Shown: positions 38,896 through 51,375, counted from the whole stretch's first letter. The stretch: 63,641 nucleotides of DNA, filler included, from Octopus bimaculoides (GCF_001194135.2; 8 parts of 8 records of this genome joined end to end with filler, not necessarily neighbours in it), one strand, 5' to 3'. The notes: generated by a model from the sequence alone, not told the origin. Translations and numbers: made by a program.

Positions 38896-38933
<38 letters not shown>

Positions 38934-39008
38934 ACATGCATACATACAGGGACGCAAATAAACCAATGTAATTTGTCAAGCGGTGGAAAGACAAATACTG
39001 ATACAATG

Positions 39009-39040
<32 letters not shown>

Positions 39041-39210
39041 GTGTGTCTATGTATGTGTGTACACAGCGGTTCGGCGAAAGAAATCCGTTAGCATAAGTAC
39101 TAGACTTTTAAAAAACAAAGTACTTGGGTTGATTTGTTCGGCTAAAATCTTCGAAGGCAGTGCTCCAGCATGATTGCAGTTCATTGACTGAAACAAGTAA
39201 AAGATAAACG
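38793..39210 (+). mobile_element. SINE family B with internal microsatellites
   Basis: Core AACCTGGGTAAGTGTCCTTCTAATATAGCCC..GTGAGTGAATTTGGTAGA; tail at 39060-39210. Confidence 0.75.
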
Positions 39211-39618
39211 ACTAAAGATAATCACTTACACATTCCCAAATACTTTCTTCTGCCAACCCACGTCGCAGCTGTCTGAAGACAAACCCGCCTTCAATGCTAA
39301 ATAAACAGACAAAATGCTTGGACCTATCATACATACAAGGGAGAATTTTGTGAAACCCAATAGCATTTCTTTGTCACAGGAGACAATCCAGGTGAAGGTA
39401 AAGAGAAAAGTTATATACCTCAGCTTAAGGCAAAATAGAAGCGCTTTAAATTTCCCTTTATATCAAATAGTACAACATAAGGTATCTATCTATCTATCTA
39501 TCTATCTATCTACCTCTCAAAACACCGTTAGACCTAACTTTTGAACATTTGAAAATATGTATGTATGTATGTATATGTATGTACGTATGTATGCATGTAT
39601 GTATGTATCTATCTATCT

Positions 39619-39849
39619 TATTTCTTTACTGCCCACAAGGGGTTACACACAGAGGGGACAAACAAGGACAGACAAACGGATTAAGTCGATTATATCGACC
39701 CCCAGTGCGTAACTGGTACTTATTTAATCGACCCCGAAAGGATGAAAAGCAAAGTCGACCTCGGTGGAATTTGAACTCAGAACGTAGCAGCAGACGAAAT
39801 ACCGCTAAGCATTTCGCCCGGCGTGCTAACGTTTCTGCCAGCTCGCCGC

Positions 39850-39850
<1 letters not shown>
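39619..39850 (-). mobile_element. SINE family A, full-length and CpG-intact, flanked by a long direct repeat
   Basis: Reverse complement begins GGCGGCGAGCTGGCAGAAACGTTAGCACGCCGGGCG. Direct repeats at 39483-39553 and 39851-39977. Confidence 0.9.
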
Positions 39851-39929
<79 letters not shown>

Positions 39930-40974
39930 TTACCTCTCAAAACACCGTCAGACCTATTAAACTTTTGAACATTTGAACTTTTGAAAATTCGAAAAAAAAA
40001 ATCCTGGGGTTTTCAAACGAGGATTTCCAAAGGCCTCCTCACTGTCCACTGTTCACGTATTATATTGAAACCTTTCACTCTACCTCAGCTTCCCGTCATT
40101 TTTCAAGATTTCAATTTTTCAATCTTTTAATGTTTCATTTTTCTACATTTGCCACCGTTTTTCCTTCATTGTTCAATCCTGTTATCTTTCCTTCTTAGCT
40201 TTTGGTTTCTCATCGCTAATTGCTAACTTCTCAAGTATCACTTCCTTCTACCTGTTCATTCCTGCTAACTTAGCTTTACTTCTCTTAGCATAACACCCTC
40301 ACTCACCATCCTACTACGGCGTTATCCTATTATCTCTCTGTAATAGTACAACAACCCCCGCCAAGTTATATTGAAGGAGATAATATCAACGGCAAAGGCA
40401 AAAGCTATGGCACCATTTGCTGAGCCTTTAACGCTGAAAGCGCAACCAAAACAGGCTGGAATTGTCAGATATGCCTCTGACTATACATTAGTACTCTAGT
40501 ACATAGAGTCTAAGAAAGATTAGTTGCAATAAGAGATATTTGACATGACAAAGACTCTTGGCTAGTTGTGATCTTTGTGTTGCAGCATGGTAAAGTGATC
40601 AAAACAGGCTTAAAGAGAAGTGACTGGTGGCCAGGGGACGCCTAAATGAATTTGCAAAGCTAAATTAGTGACGCGAGCCACAGAGCAGTAACAGGACAAT
40701 GCTTATATGAAAGTGCCTAAAGAAAGGGTATGAGATTAAGGATACAGAATAGAAAGCCTAGTTATTATATTTGTCGGAAAAAAGATACTTTAGAGTTGAA
40801 TGTCCCACCCCCCAAAAGAAAACAGGAAAGCTAAGTAAAAATAAGGAAAATGAAAATGAAAACAAGGAGAAGCAAGAGTAAACAGCAGAATGAAGTTACC
40901 AGAGCATCTTCAACTAAAACACTCGTACCATCAAACGAAATATGAGAAGGACCTTTATTGCAAATAGATGAATA

Positions 40975-41286
40975 CATTGTAGTTGTTTGTTCCTTCTCGA
41001 GCCATGCTTAGTTCATAAGGGCCGGTTTTCCGGTTTCATTGGCGTATAGGTTCCCCACCTGGACGGGACGTCGGTCCGTCGCAGGTGAGCTGCTAGATGC
41101 AGGAGGAAAGAGTGAGAGAAAGTTGCGGCAAAAGAGTCAGTAGAAGTTCGCCATTAACTTATGCTGGAGCCGCGTGGAGCTTAGGTGTTTCGCTCATAAA
41201 CACAATCATCGCCCGGTCTGAGATTCGAACCCGTGATTCCTCGACCGCGAGTCCGCTGCTGTAACCACTAGGCCATGTAGTTCCAC
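40975..41286 (-). mobile_element. tRNA-derived SINE, family C
   Basis: A-box TGGCCTAGTGG, B-box GGTTCGAATC, and internal CCTGCGACGGACCGACGTCCCGTCCAGG. Confidence 0.75.
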
Positions 41287-42041
41287 GCGAACAAATACAT
41301 TATCTCCTATTTATTATACACAATACCACACCTTCACTATGCGGTGACAAGGAAGAAATATCTACAGAGGAAAACACAAAAGGGAGAAAGAGAAAATCGC
41401 ACAAACTAAAAGGTATAACACAAAGCAATGAAAACTGGTGAGGAAGAACAATTTCTTCTAAGGGACAACGAAATTCTTCCTCAAGGAAATAAAGAAGAGA
41501 ATGCAAAGGATGAAGTAGAAGTGAGATTCACTGTACTCTGAAAATCAAATAAACAGCTAACAGGAAAATGTACGCATCTGTAGTGTCACAGACTTTCGGT
41601 GGAAAGTACAATAGCACATAAATAGTAAGGTTCAGAATATAAACCACATGCAAACGATAAACTACTCTTAAAATTAAAGTAAATACATTATATCGAATTT
41701 TTAAAAGAATATAATATCCCAAAGATCGTGGTGTGCTTCATCGTTAGAAATCTAAAAAAATTCCTATCGGTGCATTAGGTTGCACTCAAACACAGTTTGA
41801 AAAATGATCAAGTAAACAGTTTTGCAGAGTGCCTAATTCAACCTAATCTGTTATCTTCCATGTTTTATTTTCTTTTGTTTTAATTATTGCATATTTTATC
41901 AGACTTTTCAAAAATTATTTCCACTTGAATATGCGCGTCTATGCATTCGTATATATTAACTCATACATATGTGTCAGCAAGTGTGTATATGTATATATGT
42001 GTCTGTATGCGCATGATTTATGTTCGTTGCACAAAAGAAAA

Positions 42042-42314
42042 AAACTAAGCACACAATTTAAAGAGCATAGGTAAGACATCAGGCAGAATTTCACAGCTTC
42101 AACAGAACTTGCTGAGCATCTTACATCAAACTACTGTAATTTTGACGAACACCTGAAAATACACATTCGCAGAATATATTCTGATTCCACTGAATTTTCA
42201 GTCATCAAGAAACATGAAGATGAATATATTTGTCAGTTACTAGCAACACGCCCTGAAGGAATGAAGAAAATGACAGAGGAATTTCATGAGATTTATACTA
42301 AACTTTTAAACTAA
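42042..42314 (+). pseudogene. Penelope-like GIY-YIG endonuclease C-terminal remnant
   Basis: KLSTQFKEHR*DIRQNFTASTELAEHL..EDEYICQLLATRPEGM..YTKLLN*. Confidence 0.7.
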
Positions 42315-42397
42315 GTAGTCTCTTTCTTTCTTTTCTGTGTTTTTCTTTTTGTTTTTTCTTTCTTTCTATATTTCATTTTTTACCAGTTACAAACAAG

Positions 42398-42464
42398 TGA
42401 AACTTGATGAGACCTTTCGGTTTAGCAAGGAACGCAGGATAGGCCGGTTGAAATTTCGAATTTC
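42398..42464 (+). ncRNA. Degenerate hammerhead-like motif 3' of the GIY-YIG remnant
   Basis: (C)TTGATGA-GACC..GGTT-GAAA-TTTC with palindrome GAAATTTC and imperfect stem I (GAAAC/AATTTC). Confidence 0.4.
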
Positions 42465-42620
42465 TGCATAATTTAATTTTTTTTTTTTCATTTTCAACCT
42501 GAAAAATGCAGCTGTACTCTCGAAATACTATTCAGTTCAATAAACAAAACCAATCAGTATTTTATTTCAAATTTCATTTCGCTCATCTAAGCTTCGTGAA
42601 CAGTTCACATCAATTCGTAG

Positions 42621-42690
<70 letters not shown>

Positions 42691-42700
42691 TAATATTATT

Positions 42701-42908
42701 TAAGGCAGCGAGTTGGTAGAATCGTTAGCACGCCGGGCTAAATGCATTTCAACCGTCTTTACGTTCTGAGTTCAAATGCCACTGGTGTCAACTTTGCCTA
42801 TCATCCTTTCGGGGTTGAGAAAATAAAGTACCAGTCGAGTACTGAGGTCGATATAATCGATTTACGTCCTCGCCCAAAATTGCTGGCCTTGAACCAAAAT
42901 GTGGAAAC

Positions 42909-42910
<2 letters not shown>
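42701..42910 (+). mobile_element. SINE family A
   Basis: GGCAGCGAGTTGGTAGAATCGTTAGCACGCCGGG..GAGTTCAAAT..TCATCCTTTCGGGG. Confidence 0.9.
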
Positions 42911-42950
<40 letters not shown>

Positions 42951-43305
42951 GTTATTATTATAATTATTATTATTATTATCATTATTACTAGCTGACCCTG
43001 TGCGTTCAAAAATGACGGCAAATTGTAGCATTTTATATATAAACAAGGTACAAAATAAGGTACATAATAATCACACATATAAACATTCACATACTTCTCT
43101 TGTACACGCACACCCATACACACATATACTCACACAGAGTTGAAACGCTGTTTGATTTTTCTTTTCAGCGTTGAATGTTCACCATCTCAAGACTTTGGTC
43201 GGCCTGAAGTTATAGAAGGTATTACGAGTGAGATCAAAATTTTCTGTATCCAGTTTATCCTAATTATTCTCATTGTTAACCCTCACCTCTCTCTCTGTCT
43301 CTCTG

Positions 43306-43369
<64 letters not shown>

Positions 43370-44778
43370 TTATATGTTTCAGCCCTAAGGCTGTGGNNNN
43401 NNNNNNCACACACACACGGTTATATGTTTCAGCCCTAAGGCTGTGGCCATATATATATTCTACGGTATTGGATATTTTCACCATCTTCTTTCTTTTCTTT
43501 GCAACTTCGAACTTGTTCACTATGTAGATTTACACATTCATTATTTTAACCGACGTCCCTTCAATTTTCTAACTAATATATCCATCAACTTGCCGGTCAG
43601 TCCTCTATCCTTTTTACACATATTGCATCACCACAGACGGCAGTTATTTTGCCTCAAACCTACCCCTCTTCTACGCTGATCGTTCGACTCTTGCCAGGGG
43701 ACTCAAATTTATACCATTCAAGCGCACCGTTGACGAACCCCTGACACGATCAGAGACTAAGCAGTTTATTTATCGTATTCCATTGAAGACGTTCTTCTAT
43801 AGCTGCTCCAGCTTCGGACCTATACACATAGCTCAAGCAGTATTATTTCAACTGTACACCCTACTTGGGACGATATAATTATATGGCCTTGCTTTTTCAG
43901 ACATCCTTTTATGAGCTGGCTCGTTTAGGCTTCTGGGAGTGACAAAAGTATCATAACATCTTTCCTCTGGAACTCACCAAACTTTCCCAACTCTCTAACT
44001 GATGTGACATGGTCAACAAACCAGTTAAAAAGATAAAAGGTTTTCTTTTGTGTGTGTGTGCGTGTGGTTCCCTGAGGGGATGAAGTGCCTTTCAGTTTTG
44101 CGACCTACAAACTGTTTAGTGACCTTTTCCCTATAAATAGCCCGGAGGCAGTGCTCTTCCAAAACAAAAGCTTGTCCCCACCTCTGTACATAAACTCATC
44201 TCCTCTCTGCTTCTGACTACAGCCACCAGCCTCAAACTCAGAACACTCGAATGTCTTCTATCTACCTCATTCCCCAAATTCAGAAGTCTAACGATCCTGA
44301 TCATTTCATAGTCTCGCTAAGCTAATCCCCCACCTACCTCGACCAACTGACATCACCCTTCATTTTCTGCTCTTATTCTACATCAAGAGCACCATGTCTT
44401 CCACCTTTGCAACTTTTCTTTTCTTTCTTGATTCTCTCAGTTTCCATTCATTATGGATGTCAAATCCCTCTATATCATCATCTCTTCTAACGACGAACTC
44501 TCAATCTTCAAATTTTCCCTTGACTACCGAGCCACATTTGAATCCAGTTCATCTACTTTATCTCCCCAAATCAAGGCCCACTTTAATTTGCTTTTCCTTC
44601 TCCAGTGAGATCTGTCAGTAACCATTTAAATAAAATGGGCTCGAACAACATAAACTTGCTTGTAAGCCACATGGAGGCCCAGTTTACTGGGCCAATCGCT
44701 AAGCTAACGGGCTGTTACAGTCACGACTATATCGATGTTGCTACCACACTCCACCGTTTCCAATATTTCTATCAATTT

Positions 44779-44990
44779 TAAGGCGGTGAGCTGACAGATT
44801 CGATAGCACGCTGGCCAAAAAATGCTTAGCAGCATTTCGTCAGTTTTTACGTTCTGAGTCAAATTTCGCCGAGGTCTACTTTGCCCTCCGTCCTTTCGAG
44901 GTCGATAAAATAAATTTAGTTCTGGAGGTCAATGTAATCGACTTATTCCCTCCCTTAAAATTGCTGGCCTTGTACCAAAATTTGAAATCA
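44779..44990 (+). mobile_element. SINE family A nested in the Penelope-like RT
   Basis: AAGGCGGTGAGCTGACAGATTCGATAGCACGC..GCCGAGGTCTACTTTGCC. Confidence 0.9.
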
Positions 44991-45945
44991 ATATTTCAAC
45001 CAACTTCCAAGATATCTCTTCACATCTACGGACTCTTGCTCATGACTCGATTTTTCTTCCTTGCCTCACACTCACACTAACTCTGTCACACCCACCCCTC
45101 TTACAAATTGCTCTAGCTGCAATTCTTCTGTGACAAAAACCTCGACTTCATTTCAATGTCGAAAAAAATGCAACATTTCTCTCTCTCACCTGAGTAACTC
45201 CAGTCAGTTGTGAATGTTGTCCATCATCAAGAGAAATCCAATAACCGTTCTGCCGCACTTCCGCCATTCATCCGCATTCTTGTTATTAAGATTCCTGCCA
45301 TCTTTCACCTTCCACCCTACAACGCAGTAACTCTTGTACATCCTCTTTTTGTAACTTTCGCTTTCTGAAATTAGACCCCGTAACTACTCCTGCCTTTCCC
45401 GACCTTTCACTCATAACCTTCAAAAGGGATAAAAAATCTATTTGACCTTCTAATCAAAAGTTCAACCTAACAAATCCACTCTCTCCAGCTCTTAGTATCC
45501 GACATGCGTCTCCATCTACTAAACCTCTTCCCAGCACCCATCTACGACGACCAACCATATTTTACCGCGCATCTTCGTAACTATAATATTGAAGATCCAT
45601 ACATGAAAATCTATAGCGCATTTTTATTTCTTGGATGTGCTTCCAGTTGGCTCGACAAGTAGCGCAGGTATTTGCTCGACGTCCGTAACAACGCCGAAGC
45701 GATTTTCAAACCGGTGGCAATTCATAGTCATTCTTTCAATTACGTCTCAATCTGTGATGCTCTCCAGCAATTAGACTCAAATAAAATCCATACACGAAGA
45801 GAAGAAGAAAACGCTTCATCCTCAATCGGGATCGTAATACACGCTTCTTCGACTCTGTCTTCTGTGTTTTATTCCCTTTAGGTCTCATATAACTTTGTGA
45901 TTATCATTATTATTATTATGTAGCGTGTGTCTCTATCGCCCCAAA

Positions 45946-45981
45946 TTTTTGATGATGAGTAATTACGCGAAACATTAGAAA
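45946..45981 (+). ncRNA. Degenerate hammerhead-like motif at the PLE 3' end
   Basis: TTTTTGATGA-T-GAG(TAATTA)CGC-GAAA-CATT-AGAAA. C3 is mutated and stem II is imperfect. Confidence 0.4.
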
Positions 45982-46308
45982 CATCACTTCTCTGGCCAAG
46001 TCAACTTACCAAAGTCGTCAACGAAGTCTTCAATGAAATAATTGCTGACGTAGACCACCATCAGATCCATCCCTCTCGGATTCCACATTGTAAGTCATGT
46101 ATATATNNNNNNNNNNNNNNNNNNNNNNNNNNNNNNNNNNNNNNNNNNNNTTAATTAATTAANNNNNNNNNNNNNNNNNNNNNNNNNNNNNNNNNNNNNN
46201 NNNNNNTAAGATTAAGATTAATGTAATATAAAGCTGAAGCAAATTAACACCAAATATACAGTGCGTGTGTTTTTATTGGCTAAACTGGCAATATGACCAT
46301 CCCCAAGT

Positions 46309-46358
<50 letters not shown>

Positions 46359-46439
46359 CCTGTGTGCCGAATATATAGAAACACTTTACATTACGCTTGA
46401 ATAGCATATATTTTTTACACAGTTTTTGTACATAATTAC

Positions 46440-47040
46440 ATTTGTGTATATATTTTTTGCTGTACTGTGTGTAGACCAGCATGCCAAAGAATTGACAAAT
46501 ACTGCAAATAGGACTGATATTATATGCAAAGTTGACTGGTAGCTTAAAAACAGAATGAACAATCTTGCTACCTGTAAGTAAAATTGCAGTAATTCCAAAG
46601 AAAATTATTGTGATAGCAATCTACTTGAATGAATGAACATTGTATCAAAATTAGGTTAATAAAATAAAAGAAATAAATGTTTTACTAATTCAGCCAGAAA
46701 CATCAAGGAAAATTATTCGTCTCGATCCAAATGCCCCCAATGATTTGATCATAGGCACTTTTTTATCTGTAACCTAGAGTAATTCATTTTGGTGATTATA
46801 CTATTAATGAGTATTTTTTCTTGATTGCTGTTCAAATTCCTCTCGCATATCAGAAGTTAGTGATAGAATACCAATCTTCCCTTCAACTACTACATTCCGG
46901 CATTCATTATTCCACTTTTTAAGCTCAATCATTTTCCCATATTATGACAGTGTGTCCAAAATAGCATCGATCGTCTCCCAAAAATTCAAGGCTGCGACTT
47001 GAATTCCGTTGCTTTTGTAATTATTTCTATTCATTTACGC
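46440..47040 (-). pseudogene. Helitron Rep/Hel PIF1-like helicase remnant
   Basis: KSAYDQII..RIIFLDVSG*ISKTFI (decayed Walker A, cf. FFLDAPGGTGKTF)..IAITI.F.GITAILLTGSKIVHSVFKLPVN....PICSI (cf. SSGIAATLL.GGRTAHS.FKLP). Confidence 0.75.
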
Positions 47041-47624
47041 CTAAATTACGTTTCACATGGGAAAATAAAGCTTTGTAAGTTTTATAAATGAAGGAATATA
47101 ACATGTATGTATGTATGTATGTATGCATGTATGTATGTATGTAATGTATGTATGTATGTATGTATGTGTGCATGCGCGCGCGTGCGTATGCGTCTGTGTA
47201 TGCTGTGTGTGTTTGTATGTATGTGTGAGTTTGTATGTATGTGTGAGTTTGTATGTATGTATGTATGTATGCATGTATGCATGTATGTATGTATGTATGT
47301 ATGTATGTATGTATGCATGTATGTAACCTTGCTATGAAATAATTTTAGAGAAAACACTTTGTTCTAATGACTGCGACTTCGATTCAGCTATGTCTTCTCG
47401 TAGATCAAACATTGCCAAAGCTATATCTTAGAAGTAAGGAAATGCTTCAGTTCTACGCAGTTGCTGTTTCTTCTACGAAACTCAATTGAAACCTTTGGAA
47501 TAGTGTTTAGCAGACTACTGATAAAGACTACTTGAACGATGGACTATATACCTAAAAATGGTTCTACTATTAATATGGGAGAGTATCTATGCAGTAATGT
47601 ATATGCGTGTGTTTATATATATAT

Positions 47625-47696
47625 TTTTTGTAAGCCTAGTACTTATTGTATCGGCCTCTTTTGTCGAACCGCTAAGTTACGGGGACGTAAACACAC
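47625..47696 (-). mobile_element. SINE family B tail fragment
   Basis: TTTGTAAGCCTAGTACTTATT..GAACCGCTAAGTTACGGGGACGTAAACACAC. Confidence 0.8.
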
Positions 47697-47868
47697 CAAC
47701 ATCAATATGGCCTCCAACATGCTGGTGGCCTCTCCACCATCTCACTAGCCCAATCTTTTCTCCGCTTGATGTTGGCTGGTCGAAGAAGTAGCTTCGTTCT
47801 TGCTGCTCCGCCATAGTAACCAAGTTTGTGGAGTTACCTGGCAGTTGTTCTGGGACTGATATCAACTT
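47697..47868 (-). mobile_element. Tc1 transposase fragment, paralogous to 49296-49445
   Basis: Colinear with the neighbouring Tc1. Flanked by the 13-bp direct repeat GACGTAAACACAC (47684-47696 and 47869-47881). Confidence 0.8.
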
Positions 47869-48611
47869 GACGTAAACACACGCGCATGCACACACACATA
47901 AGCACGCACACATACACACACACACACACACACANNNNNNNNNNNNNNNNNNNNNNNNNNNNNNNNNNNNNNNNNNNNNNNNNNNNNNNNNNNNNNNNNN
48001 NNNNNNNNNNNNNNNNNNNNNNNNNNNNNNNNNNNNNNNNNNNNNNNNNNNNNNNNNNNNNNNNNNNNNNNNNNNNNNNNNNNNNNNNNNNNNNNNNNNN
48101 NNNNNNNNNNNNNNNNNNNNNNNNNNNNNNNNNNNNNNNNNNNNNNNNNNNNNNNNNNNNNNNNNNNNNNNNNNNNNNNNNNNNNNNNNNNNNNNNNNNN
48201 NNNNNNNNNNNNNNNNNNNNNNNNNNNNNNNNNNNNNNNNNNNNNNNNNNNNNNNNNNNNNNNNNNNNNNNNNNNNNNNNNNNNNNNNNNNNNNNNNNNN
48301 NNNNNNNNNNNNNNATATATATTGTTGTGTCAACGACTAGTGACAAGGTTGCAAGACGCAACGAAAATTTTTGGAAAAATAAATAAGTAAATGAGTGGAA
48401 ACTTTACCGGTGAGTTTGTTAAATAATAAGGCACTAAAAGAGAATGACTCTCCCCAGACACAACAAAATATGCTTCAACCAAATCTCTGTATATGACCCT
48501 ATAGATACATATGTGTATATATTCCTCTTCGTACATTTGTTTGTATTGTATATATGTATTGATGTATGTATTTCTCTAAGTATTTATTTATATAGTATGT
48601 GTCTATATTTA

Positions 48612-49840
48612 TGTATATATACAGACATGACAGATGTAGACACCCTTATAATCATTTTCTCTATTTAAATCTGGAATTATACATTCAAATTATTTATTAA
48701 TTGTTATAATGTAAATATTTAATATTTAGTAGACATACCCTTTGCATTTTTCAATGCAAAGACCCTATCAGGCATGTTACTGATTAGATGACGAATATTC
48801 TCTTACGGAATTTCTTGCCAAGTTTTATGTGATAATCTCAAAAGATCTGGCTTTGAAGATGCTGTCTTGTTCTTTTTATGAAGTGTCCTGTTCATTATGC
48901 TCCAGAAGTGTTCCATAGCATTCATATCTAGTGACTGGCTTGGCCATGGAAGCGTTTTAAAGTCATTCTCATCTAACAAATCTTGGGTCATTTTAGCCGT
49001 GTGACAAGGAGCCCCATCTTCCATAAATAAAGAATCGTCTTTAATCATTTTCACCACTGGAGAAGATTGGAAGGAGTCCTTTCTGCAATATGGACACATA
49101 TTTATCTGAGTTTATATTTCCCTCACATTCCACCAGCTCTGACAACTATTGTTCCAAATTGCTCTCCAGACCATCACTGAATAGCTACCGTGTTTCATTG
49201 TTGGCTGCAATCTTTTCACATCAAATTCAGTCTCCAGATCACTGTCAGGAAATACAGCAAATCTGGACTCAACAGAGAATATGACAGTGTTCCAAAATGC
49301 TAGTGGCCTCTCCACCATCCACTTCCCCAATTTTTTCTCCGCTTGATGTTGGCTGGTCGAAGAAGCGGCTTCCTTCTTGCTGTTCTTCCATAGTAACCAA
49401 GTTTGTGGAGGTACCTGACAGCTGTTCTGGGATTGACATCAACTTGTTCTGCTATGCCAGAGGTCTTACAACTAGGATTATCCTCAACACTTCTTTTAGC
49501 AAAGAGAAGGGCCCTGTAAGATGGCTCTGGTTGATCTGAGCGAGGTGATGTGGATTCCTTCCCCTCTCTGGTGAATTGCACAATCACTCTATTAACTACA
49601 GAAAGCAGGATCCCAAGGTTTTCTGCAATTTTACACTGACTATGTCCACCTTCAGAATGACCTACAATTCAGACAGTTCCAAGGCTTCTTTTGTACATGG
49701 CCTGATTAAATAGTCACATATAGAACCTGAAACATAGAAAATGTCAATTAATAAAAAATATAAACCTTTACAAGTTATAATAAACATAAAACGAGGTCTT
49801 ATGGGGTGCCTATTTACTTCTGTCATGTCTGTGTACATAT
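48612..49840 (-). mobile_element. Tc1-type (DD34E-like) transposon, frameshifted
   Basis: HTH/linker [20 protein letters not shown]; VIFSVESRF; MKHGSYSVMVW; FMEDGAPCHTAK; WPSQSLDMNAMEHFW. Imperfect inverted repeat at 48612-48645 and 49803-49840; the true ends may lie further out. Confidence 0.9.
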
Positions 49841-50544
49841 GTTTGTCTCGCCATGGCATGTAGATACTCCAGCTAATAAACAAAATGTTAATCCCCATAT
49901 CCACTTGCTCACAAATAAAAGCTTTCTTCTTTCTGTCTTACACCTGAAGTGACAAAGTACATACCATAACTACTAAACCACCCACATTGCAATCACATTT
50001 TCGTCATTTTAACTGTGTAACACACGCAAAACTCCAAATTAAAAACATTGCTAAGTCCTTCCTCATAAAGTACCCTCTACGGCGCCTTTCTTTCCCACAA
50101 TTTCTCCACTTGCAGAAGTTAAAAAATATATCTCCTGGAACGAAATCACCAGTTTGAAATGAGCTACAAAGATCATGAGCACCCCAACTATCTTGTCCGA
50201 CTAAATAATGAAATAAAAAGGTTTGATAGAGTCGGCCTACGAATAATCTCTAGCCATATAATACGTCGTTATGTTTTTTTCACTCGAGTTCTAGGATTCG
50301 TAAGGTCGATTATCTAGTTTCCATGGCGTACAAATGATCGATACCACAACATTGCCCCTGAACTGGACACCAGTTCGTAGCAGGATTGAAGGTCAGCGAT
50401 TTTGAGGGGTTATCTATGTCCTTCTTTTTTTAAGATAGCAGAACGTGATTTAAAGAATACTTATCCGCTATTTCTTGCCCATCGAGCGACCACATAGAAA
50501 TTCCTTTATTGGCTTCTTCCTTATTTGTCTATATATCTCCGGGT

Positions 50545-50750
50545 GAAGACAGAATCGTAAGCACGCCGGGCAAAATTCTTAGCGGCATTTCGTCCGTCTT
50601 TGCGTTCTGAGTTGAAATTCCACCTAAGTCGACTTTACCTTTCATTATTTAGGGGTCGATAAAATAAATATCAGTTGAACACTGGGGTTGATGTAATTTA
50701 CTAGCCCCTCTTCGCGAAACAGTTGGCTTCGTGCCAAAATTTGAAAGAAA
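50545..50750 (+). mobile_element. SINE family A
   Basis: CAGAATCGTAAGCACGCCGGGCAAA..GAGTTGAAATTCC..GGGGTCGATAAAATAA. Confidence 0.85.
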
Positions 50751-50900
50751 TATATCTCTGGATGGGTAAATAGATTTCAAACAGGGAAAATAACATGAAT
50801 CCATACATCACTCGGAGAAGAGAGACTTGTACATTTCGTGTATGAAATAGAGATAATATGATAGAGTTAAAATAATAAATTATTGCATGGATCTAAGTAT

Positions 50901-51375
50901 TTAAGGGGTGGAACATACAATTTCCTGCAATTCAGACCGCCTCATGGCCCCAGCAATCAAAACGGAAAAGGCGTTACCCTGGAAGAGGGCGAGGGAGATT
51001 CGCTGGAACAGCTACGCTGACTCACGGAGATCGCACTTGCGGACAGCCATCTCCGCCCCAATAGCGGTGAGTAGGGGTATGGTCTGGGTGGGGGCGAGAA
51101 TGCCCGAGGTCTCCACTGCTACAGGTTTGACCATAAACCTGTCGGAGAGCGACCGATACCGTGACTGTTTGCTTGTCTCAGCCTGGGCTGGTAGCTGAAC
51201 TCACCAAGCTGCCGTTGGAAAGCGTGTGGCATCGCAGATAAGGGACCTACCACTACGGAACGGGAAAATTGTCATAACCTCAGGCTTTTTACCGTCCCCT
51301 CGATCTAGCTCCACTGTTTCGAGGTGAGAAGCAAAGTTTGCGGCGTCTAGGCCATGCTGTATCTCCATCGCCAAC
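50901..51375 (-). pseudogene. CRE-clade non-LTR retrotransposon RLE domain remnant
   Basis: LDAANFASHLETVELDRGDGKKPEVMTIFPFRSGRSLICDAT..AETSKQSRYRSLSDRFMVKPVAVETSG..LFQRISLALFQGNAFSVL (cf. the CRE motifs DGKRPDG and FQRLS..QRGNA). Confidence 0.8.

Larger units (their letters stand above)
43500..45990 (+). mobile_element. Decayed Penelope-like element (RT and GIY-YIG)
   Basis: RGLKFIP at about 43697; YL.PQIQK at about 44260; FIMDVKSLY at 44445; TL.CFSFSSEICQ..KMG; YID; FKRDKNL.DLLIKS at about 45420; LDVRNN..KPVA.H..VSIC (ORF 45672-45881). Hammerhead-like motif at 45946-45981. Confidence 0.8.

Noticed and set aside
43361-43447. Direct duplication CACACGGTTATATGTTTCAGCCCTAAGGCTGTGG
   Set aside because: The two identical copies flank a 10-N gap, so this is unmerged contig overlap.
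46386-46598. Apparent acceptor TTACAG|GTAGC and hydrophobic ORF as a host exon
   Set aside because: Another frame gives Helitron helicase motifs continuing across the supposed splice site.
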